Positions 49,603 through 64,000 of a DNA stretch of 64,000 bases are shown piece after piece. Both the position numbers and the translations under genes were made by a program. The notes beneath the pieces are model-generated. The model had not been told where the DNA came from, made no database searches, and saw only the letters and a program-made list of their open reading frames with translations. Numbering within the stretch: the first letter of the stretch is position 1; every line of letters starts with the position of its first letter. Source of the DNA: the human T2T-CHM13v2.0 reference genome, Homo sapiens; assembly GCF_009914755.1 (NCBI RefSeq), contig NC_060930.1. The stretch is one strand, 5' to 3'.

Positions 49603-50490
49603 TTACTTTAAAAATATTTAATTTTTAGAATAGTTTCTAAATGAAAGTAGAAGTCATACAAGGAAAAGTTTTCCTCTTCTTTCCCATTAACTCTTTTTTA
49701 CTCCCTTCTCCCAGCCCCAGCATATAGCCACTGCTGTGTGTTTCTGGTATACATCCAAAAAAATTTTATGTAAATACCAGCAAATGTGATTATATATTCT
49801 AGATTTTCCCCTTCTTATCCCTAGGGATAGCCTACTGTATATATTTTTATTGTCTTATTTTTTTTTCTCTGAATAATATGACCTGGAGATCTTTCTGCAT
49901 TGGAACTTAGAGGTTATTCATTTGTTTATAGGAATATTTGTTCTGAAGGTACTAAAATATTTGTAACCAGTCATTTTTTACGATTACAAATAATACCTGT
50001 ATGTTTGCAGTAGGCTAACTTCTTAAAAGGTGAACTGCTAGGTCTGAGAATATGCACCTGCCATTTCAGTAGATACTGTCATATTACCTCCTTAAGTGGC
50101 GATCTGGTATCTATGCCCACCAGCAAAGCATGAAGAGTACTGTTTTCTCACAGTTACATCAGTATAGTGTGCTATCAAACTTTTGGATTTTTGACAGTCT
50201 AGTAAGTGAAAAATAGTATTTTTTTTAAAAAGTGCAGTTTTAGTTTTCATTTGTTAAGAATGAAGTTGAACATCTCTTTGTATGTTCAAGAACCATATGT
50301 GTTTCATTTTTTCATGAACTCTCAGTTCATATTTGTTGCCCGTTTTTTTCTATTAGCTTTGGTCTTTTAAGTTTTTGAGTTTTGTATGTTAGGCCTAAGG
50401 GCCTGACAGCTCACTGTGGCTGTAACATTGCTTGTAAGATGGGCCTGGTGAGCAGTAGTTTTGGATTGGGGCATGGTGGCTGGATCGTGA

Positions 50491-50896
<406 letters not shown>

Positions 50897-51591
50897 TAGG
50901 GATTCTCTAGATGCAGTAACTTCTGAAATAATTATATGTCAAAATCAATAGAGCAATTTAATTTGGAATGAGGATGGGGAATATTAATAATGTTCTTTTC
51001 TACATGGTAAGTACAACGTCTGTCTTGTACCTGATTTGACTATGACCAGGCCTACTTAGCTATGGGGTAATAGCCATAATTAATTTTCAATAGTTACTGG
51101 TAGAGCTTTGCCAGCTATTATTTTTCATTTAAAAGAAAAAATCGTCTTTCATATAATGAACAGACTTCAAGTTGACCCTTGGTTTCCTCATCTTATTTCT
51201 ATGAAGCACTCAGGGGGACTATTTTAAGAGAACAAACTCATTATATAAGTAATCTCCGAGAATAACTGCTTCTTCCTAGTAGCTTCTATTTCCTTTAGTC
51301 AGAGACTCACTCTACAGACACCACCACCATACAAAGGACCAGTTCATACTCTTGAGAGTTTCAGAATGGGAGCATAGGTACTCTTTGTCAGTGTCTTCCT
51401 ATCATTTCTCCTCTACTCTTTCCTCCTTTTCCCCCCTTTTTCTGCTCGTTCTCCCAGCGCTCCAACCCTAGCTGGCTTAAAGGAAAATACTTTATCATGA
51501 ATCACTTTTATTCTTTTTAGAAAACAGATTTTGAAAACATGGTTACTCCATGCTGAGCATTGTGTAAGTCCAAATAAAGAAAAATAAATGA

Positions 51592-51932
<341 letters not shown>

Positions 51933-52709
51933 ATTTTCATTGGTTTTAAGAAGTTATTTTTCAAGTTGTACCTTAAGGGTGCTTTCGAATTCTCTTATTA
52001 AAGCATACTCTATTCTCAGTTTTTAGTAGGCAGTCAATGATTTGTGTTATGTAAATAAACCCTCTGGGTATGGGTAAACGTACTGCACACTTAAAATGTT
52101 TGGACTTGACTTGTCTTCCAGAGTTCTGTGGTAAAGAAACTCTCAAAACATGCTTTTGGGTTCAAGACAATCAAACTGTTTTCTCTCTTTGTTTTGTTCT
52201 TACTGAATTTTTATTTGTATCAACCTCCATACCCTCCTTACTTAAATCCATGAATAGACTCCTTTTATTATTTTGTGTTGTTTCTTGGGTTGATTTTCAA
52301 ATGGAACTGTTGTGTAAGATAAAGGTTTGTTCTCCTGAATAGTGTTGATGTGAACCGTGCTGTCTCTTCTATAATGCCACCATTATGCAGAAGCCTGCAG
52401 GGGGAAGGGCAGATTCGTAGTTGTGAGAGTCTGCCTGTGCTTTAGGGTAATAATCCTGCATTCATTATTAATCTCCCTTTGCTTCCATGTCTCCTGCTCA
52501 TTACCAAAGGCCAAGACATGACATGTTCAAGATCTTAGAAATTTTGAAAATAGCAGAACGGCTGCTTTTGAAGCCCGATTGTTAGTCTTAGAAATGACAA
52601 CTGCAAGGCCATGTAATATTACTTATTTTAGTTTTTGGATATTGTCTACATTGTTTTTTGATCAATAGGCAAAGAGCCACTAATGAGCCATTATAATTTC
52701 CTTAAATTC

Positions 52710-52930
52710 ACAGTCTCTGGAGTCAGTTTGTCTGGGTTTGTAATCCCTGCCAACCCTCTCACCGTGTGATTCTAGGCAAGTTACTTTTCTTTTCTAGACC
52801 TTAGGTTCCTCCTCTATAAAATTGGAATAAAAATGAAGGTCAACGTGGGAGGATTACATGAAAAAATGAATGTGACAGGCCAAGTTTATTGCTGGATATA
52901 TAATAGGTACTCAATAATGTTAGCTATTAT
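52710..52930 (+). mobile_element. MIR SINE
   Basis: tctggagtcag..ctgggtttg...gtgattctaggcaagttactt...ggtactcaataatgttagctattat. Confidence 0.8.
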
Positions 52931-53269
52931 CGTTATTACTAATCAGATTTTTATTACCCTGGATTTAAAAATAATTTTTCTGTATATAAAGAAATAGTTT
53001 GGAAAGTAAAGTGTTTCAATTACAACAATAGTTTATTTCTTTTGTTGGTGACTATTATTTTCTTGGTTCGGTGAGTCCAAAAGCTTTTAGCAGGCAAGGG
53101 AAAAGTCCCTTGGAAAATGTATATCAGGTCACTGTTTTTCTGATGGATCACAGCAGGAAAATAGTTTATGTTCTCACCTTAAAATAAAAGGAAGCTATTG
53201 ATTCCAAGCTGTATGGAAAGGGAAACTTAAAAACATTTAAAAAGCGTTGATAAGTTTTTTAAGGGAAAA

Positions 53270-54050
53270 AAGGGCAATGCATGCTTTTAACAATTCAAAC
53301 AGTACAGATAGATATAAATTAAATATTCATGTGTCCCTTCTCAGGATTAAGCATTAAAAAATTATAAAAGTAGTATCCATGCAAGTTTAAAAAAAAAGAG
53401 AAAGAATATAAAAGATGCACATGAATACAATATTGGAGCCCACTGAACCTTTATCTTGCCTTCAAGGGCAAACCAGTTTTTCATGTATACTTCTATCCAT
53501 TTTCTTTGCTTAGAACAGAATTTCCCTTTTTTCTTTTTCCTTTGTAAAACACAAAGTAGATACTAGACATATTCTTCTACACCTTGCTTTGTTTCTTCTG
53601 ATAATATCACAGAGATTGTTACAAATTGGCACATAGAGATTTATGTTGCTTTCTAAACAGGCATGATATTTCAGCTGCAGTCCCGTAATTTATTTAACCA
53701 GTGTCGTTATAGTGGATATGTTGGCTTTTTATGTTTTTTGCCTTGTCAATAATCTTCAATGAGAATTACTTATTTATATATGTTTGTGTGTGTGCACATG
53801 TGTATGGGTATGTGATGTAAGTATCCTACAAGCACATGTAGGAGAAATTCTGACGTGCATATATATTTGCTAGTTTTTTCTACTTTGCCTTCCAAAGAGT
53901 TTCATCAGCGTAGCCTGCCATCAGCAGAGGGAGAGGTTGCCAGTTTTCCCATTCTTTTGCTTGCACTGGATAGTATCGCACTTAATATTTTCTATTTTGA
54001 TACGAGAATATAGGATCTCATTTTGTTTTGCATTTTAAAATTATGCGAGA
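53270..54050 (-). mobile_element. L1ME-type 3' fragments
   Basis: attcttctacaccttgcttt, taatttatttaaccagt, gatctcattttgttttgcatttt. Confidence 0.55.
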
Positions 54051-54059
54051 TCAATGTAT

Positions 54060-54800
54060 ATCAGGATAAATTCCTAATAGATCCGAGATATAAATGCAAA
54101 ACCATATGTGTATTAGAAGAAAACATGGGTGAATTACTTAGTAATTTGGGAATAGAGGAAGTGTTCTAATAATGACTCAAAACCCATCAGCAATAACAGA
54201 AAAGAGTGACACATTTGCTATTTTAGAAATAAAAAAGTATGAAGAAACGATAAAAAAGTAAAATGACAAACTGGAAAAAATGTTGTGACTTCTATCATAG
54301 ATATAGATAGGGTTGATATCCTATGTGGCGTATGTGTATGAGTAAATTAAAATTTGAGATGAAAATAACTATTAGCCTGATAGAAAAATGGGCAAAAAAT
54401 AGGTACAGATGAAAAGATGAAAAACAGAAAAAAAAAAAAAAAAAAACACTGCGAGGGGCCCTTATGCGTGAAAAGGTGCCCAGCTCACTCATAATAAGAA
54501 AAATGCGTGTTACACCCTCACTGTTGTTTTTCACCAGATTGGCGGAAGTCCAAAGTTTTCATAGCAGACTCCAGGGTCAAGGCTGCAGGTAAAGGGCACT
54601 CACAGGCCCTGCTCATGGGAGTGCAAAGTGGCACACCTTTGTGGAGAAGAATTTTACAGTATGTAATGGAATTTCATGAGAATTTATCCTCTGACCCCAC
54701 ATTCCCACCTTTTTGGACTCGATTCCAAAAGTAATCTGGGAAACATAAAAATGACATGTGTACATTGCTACTCATTGCAGTACTGTTTGTAATAAAGAAA
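54060..54800 (+). mobile_element. L1ME-type ORF2 3' fragment (sense)
   Basis: tattagaagaaaacatgggtgaa, gaaaaatgggcaaaa, cagctcactcataataagaaaaatgc. Confidence 0.7.
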
Positions 54801-54807
54801 GACTGTA

Positions 54808-54879
54808 TGCCACTGCCCTCCAGCCTGGGCGACACAGTGAGACTTTGTCTCAAACAACAACAACAACAACAACAACAAC
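54808..54879 (+). mobile_element. Severely 5'-truncated Alu (about 45 nt) with a (CAA)9 tail
   Basis: tgccactgccctccagcctgggcgacacagtgagactttgtctc; TSD agactgta at 54800 and 54880. Confidence 0.9.
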
Positions 54880-55747
54880 AGACTGTAAATAATAAGATAT
54901 TGAAATCTAGATTCCATCTGTCTAGGCTGAAGTTTGCAGCTCTCCAAAATAGATCTGATATCCCAACTTTGGCATTGGCAATATTTAGCTTATGTGCAGA
55001 TGGTTTTCAGCTGCATATCAGAGGTTACGAGCACTCTAAGGGGTTCTAACGCTCAAATCTCGAAGTAGGTGGAGTTCTTTCTTGGGCACTCTCTAAGTTG
55101 GTGCCTTCTTCCTACCTTTCCCTTCCCTGGTCCACTCTTGTCCATCTGCCTGGCCCTTCTTTCCTTCAGTGCCCTTCTCTAATATTGCTTCTCCTTTTAA
55201 GGCACTGGAGGACCTGGCATGAATGTTCTAAGGCAAGATCAGAAGGTGTTAACCTCTTAGCAGGTATTTGCTCTGATGACCAGATCATCTAAAAGTGGCA
55301 GTGTGTTTGTATATTTATTTTATTATTTATTCCACCTCCACTTATCCAAATTAATGTATGAAATTGGGATGTATCTTAAAATTGATAAGAACTTGCATTT
55401 AACTTCTACCCCTCTGGAAGAGTTTTTGCAAAGTTGATGGTGTTTCTCGTAGTTGGTGGCATCTTAGAAGCCCAACAATGTGTGCATAAGGGGGTAAGCC
55501 ATGTGGAATCACCATTATTTATTGGCAAATAGCCATAGACAGTTTTCCTTCTCACTTTTCATTTTTAGTGAGTTTGTTTTCTGTGTTATTTCATAAATAA
55601 GGCCTCTGCTGGGTGATTGTGGGTTGGCTCAGAGCTAGCAAATACTCTAAATTGAGAAAGGAAAAGTTTAGGGTATTATCTTTTTGTTAACAATATTAAC
55701 ATTTATACAGATATCTGTCTTGAATTCTTAGCATTTGACATAATTAA

Positions 55748-56083
<336 letters not shown>

Positions 56084-56119
56084 TAATTTATTTTTAATTT
56101 TTTAAAATCAGATAGGCTC

Positions 56120-56240
56120 TTTAAGACTGTAAACTCCCTGAGGGTAGAGATTCTATTCACAGCCGTATCCCCAGTACCCAGAGTACAGCCTGGCACGTAG
56201 TGAATCCTGATTGCCTATTGTTTGTTGATTGACTGATTTA
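56120..56240 (+). mobile_element. L2 3' end
   Basis: gactgtaaactccctgagggtagaga...gtatccccagtaccc..acagcctggcacgtag...tttgttgatt. Confidence 0.8.
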
Positions 56241-56329
56241 TGCCTCTAAGAGGAACTATCTTTTGATAATATTAAATAAGATGTCCTAATACAAAACTGA
56301 TAGAGTTCAGAAATAATTAAGAATCTCCT

Positions 56330-56635
56330 GGCCAGGCGTGGTGGCTCACGCCTTTAATCCCAGCACTTTGGAAGGCTGAGGTGGGCGGATCACGAGATCA
56401 GGAGATTGAGACCATCCTGGCTAACATGGTGAAACCCTGTCTCTACTAAAAATACAAAAAAAAATTAGCCGGGTGTGATGGCGGGTGCCTGTAGTCCCAG
56501 CTACTCAGGAGGCTGAGGCAGGAGAATGGCGTGAACCCGGGAGGCAGAGCTTGCAGTGAGCCGAGATCTCTAGCCTGGGCAACAGAGCGAGACTCCGTCT
56601 CAAAACAAAAACAAAAACAAAAACACAACAAAAAA
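56330..56635 (+). mobile_element. AluY-like
   Basis: ctggctaacatgg, ggagaatggcgtgaacccgggaggcagagcttgc; TSD aagaatctcct at 56319 and 56636. Confidence 0.95.
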
Positions 56636-57383
56636 AAGAATCTCCTGTGTTCAGCGGGAAAGGAATATTTGTTGGGTGGGGGGGTTCCTAAAAGATTATG
56701 TAATTTTTTGGCATTTTGACATATTCACAGAATTCCTATTGATTGAGGTTACTGCATCAAGTATAGTACAGTCATGTGTTGCTTAAGCACAGGAATTTGT
56801 TCTGAGAAATGTGTCAGGCTATTTTGTTATCATGCGAACATCATCAAGTGTACCCACACAAACCTAGATTGTACAGCCTATGACATATCTAGGCCATTAT
56901 ATGGTATAGCCTATTGCTCCCAGGCTACACACCTGTACAGCATATTGCCGTATTGAATACCGTAGGCACTGCAGAGCATCTAAACTAGAAAAGGTACAGT
57001 AAAAATATGGTATGAAAAATTTAAAATGGTGCACCTGTCTAAGACACTTACTATGAATGGAGCTTGCAGGACTGGAAGTTGCTCTGGGTGAGTCAGTGAG
57101 TGGGTGGTGAGTGAATGTGAAGGCCTGGGACATACCCTGCACCCTACTGTAGACTTTATAAACACTGTACACTTAGGCTACACTAAATTTATACAAAATA
57201 TTTTTCTTTCATAATAATAAATTAACCTTAGCTTACTATAATATTTTTACTTTATGAACCTTTTAATTTTTGAAAACGTTTTCACACTCTTGTAATAACA
57301 CTTAAAACACAAGTATATTGTACAGCTGAACAAAAATATTTCCTTATTGTTTAAGTGTTTAAAATTAAATTTTATTTACTTAT

Positions 57384-57705
<322 letters not shown>

Positions 57706-57909
57706 TTATTTATTTATTTTATTTTTAAAATTTTATTTATTTTTACTTTTTAAATGTGTTTGTTAAAAGCTAAGACAGAAACATACACATGAGCCTAGGC
57801 CTACAAAGGGCAGGATCATCAATATTACTGTCTTCCAGCAACACATCTTGTCCCACTGGAAGATCTTCAGGGGCAATAACATGTATGCAGCTGTCATCTC
57901 CTATGTTAG

Positions 57910-58284
<375 letters not shown>

Positions 58285-58673
58285 AACTTTTTTCTTTCTT
58301 CTTCCTTTTTTTTTTTTTAAATAAGTAGAAGGAGTACATTAAAATAGTGATGAAAAGTATTCTATAGTAAATACTAAGTGATAGGAATTTTTAAGCTCCA
58401 TTATACTCTTGTGTATCAACTGTCATATATGTGGTCCATCGTTGACTGAAATGTCATTATGCAACACATGTTTTCCCTTTATTTTGAAACCAATGTTGGC
58501 AAAATTCCAAAGTACAATAATTTGCATTATTTATTCATTGTCATACTTCTTGAGGGGTCCTATGGTAAGAGTTATCTAGTGACTTGAAAATGACTGGGTA
58601 GAAGAATGTGCCAGGATATAAAGCTGGCATCTGATACAGATAGTTCAGATGGATTAGGATTATCTGTCATTAG

Positions 58674-58999
<326 letters not shown>

Positions 59000-59099
59000 T
59001 AACAATTGCTAGTTTTTTTTTATCATTAGCTAGCAGACATCTGTGACATTTTCTTGTCTGCATAATATGGTTCTCATAGTATTGCTTTGTCATTTGAAA

Positions 59100-60357
<1,258 letters not shown>

Positions 60358-61223
60358 AGAATTTTTTGGCGTGTGTGCCAAGTTACCAGAAACTCTGATG
60401 TGCTTACCAGTCCTCCCACCTAGTGCTCTTATTTGAATCTTTCTTCCTAGGTGGAGAATCTGCACATAGACATCTGTATGTTCTCTTAGTTCATGTCATT
60501 TGATCTTAGCTTCTGTTCTTATACAGATACTGTTGAAGGTGCTGCAGTTTTCAATTTTGGTTTTCCTTTCTTTATGGTAATCCTATTTTAATATATAAGA
60601 TCCTTTCAGGCAACTGAAGTATGCAAGAGGCAGGTGGAATAGTAGCAACTTTAGGTATTAAAAATTCATATAATAAATATGATGGGTTTGGATTATTTGT
60701 TGCATTGCCAGTGAGTTTATTATAGTATATAACAATATTTAATCAAAATGGTGATAGGAATAAAAGGCCCACTTTGAGGTAAATCATTAATTTTTAAGGC
60801 AGACAAGTTAGGTTTTTAAGAATTTCTCAAGCTGAAGAATATTCAGTGTACACTCTGTGCCTGAAAAAGCTTAACACATAATCCACAAAGGTGAAATTGA
60901 TTTGATACTCAGAGTTAAGATTAGGGCAAGTTTCACTTTAGTTTGTGGAAATTATTAGATAGTACTGTCAAGCATTGAAAGTAAAGGAAGAGAATGCTTA
61001 TCATTACATTTTAAGTGAAAAGATATAGCATAGATTACACATTTTTATATTTATTGTTCACAAATATTTCCATGTTCTAGCAATTTTCTACTGTGTTGTA
61101 ATTGCCTGTTCATTTTACTCCACTGTTTTTCTCTCCCCTACCGCAGCAATCCCAGTGCCACTGGATATTTTTGAATGATTAAGTGTGCTACTTACTTCTT
61201 TTTTGTGTTCATTTTTTTAATAG

Positions 61224-61308
61224 AAAATGCATCCGATGCAGATTTATGGCTCCTGAACAGTTGCACTGTAAAAAACCCAGCTGAAGACCACTTTAGAAAC
61301 TCAATTAA
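61224..61308 (+). CDS. CDKAL1: CDKAL1 internal coding exon (85 nt, phase 1 to phase 2; recalled as exon 5), MTTase N-terminal (UPF0004) domain
   Basis: Acceptor ttttgtgttcatttttttaatAG| at 61222-61223 and donor AA|GTAAGT at 61309. Translation (G)AA AAT GCA TCC GAT GCA GAT TTA TGG CTC CTG AAC AGT TGC ACT GTA AAA AAC CCA GCT GAA GAC CAC TTT AGA AAC TCA ATT AA(A) = [29 protein letters not shown], which I recognise as CDKAL1. The NSC-T-V motif is the methylthiotransferase signature carrying a Cys ligand of the auxiliary [4Fe-4S] cluster. Confidence 0.97.

Positions 61309-64000
<2,692 letters not shown>

Noticed and set aside
53270-54800. Opposed L1ME pieces meeting at about 54055 as a twin-priming inversion
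   Set aside because: The two pieces overlap in L1 coordinates and no shared TSD is visible; more likely two independent insertions.

Overview
Primate (very likely human) genomic DNA lying inside the CDKAL1 gene, which is transcribed on the + strand. CDKAL1 encodes the tRNA-Lys(UUU) t6A37 methylthiotransferase, a radical-SAM MtaB/MiaB-family enzyme, and is a type 2 diabetes GWAS locus on 6p22.3. The only host coding sequence is an 85-nt internal exon at 61224-61308, (E)[27 protein letters not shown](K), which the ORF track misses; I recall it as exon 5. Everything else is intron: most of the very long upstream intron and the first 2.7 kb of the next. The intron is dense in transposable elements: a near-full-length antisense L1PA7-like element (2321-9087), a young truncated L1PA2, several older L1PA/L1M fragments, about 26 Alu pieces, MIR/L2/CR1 relics, an LTR-less ERV-L pol-IN-dUTPase relic, MLT1, LTR33-like and MER34-like LTRs, Tigger/MER47 DNA transposons and a tailless U2 snRNA retrocopy. 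The ORFs in the supplied track that I could interpret are repeat-derived or low-complexity. The most interesting area is 8.4-12.6 kb. It holds an open ORF0-like frame with donor sites in the L1 antisense-promoter region, pointing in the host-gene direction. About 2.5 kb downstream are a branch point and tandem acceptor for a candidate intronic terminal exon, probably the published non-coding CDKAL1-v1 exon, with a miR-494 8mer site. That exon overlaps a dense cluster of POU/octamer motifs. Subfamily names and literature links are from recall, not from searches, and repeat boundaries are approximate.
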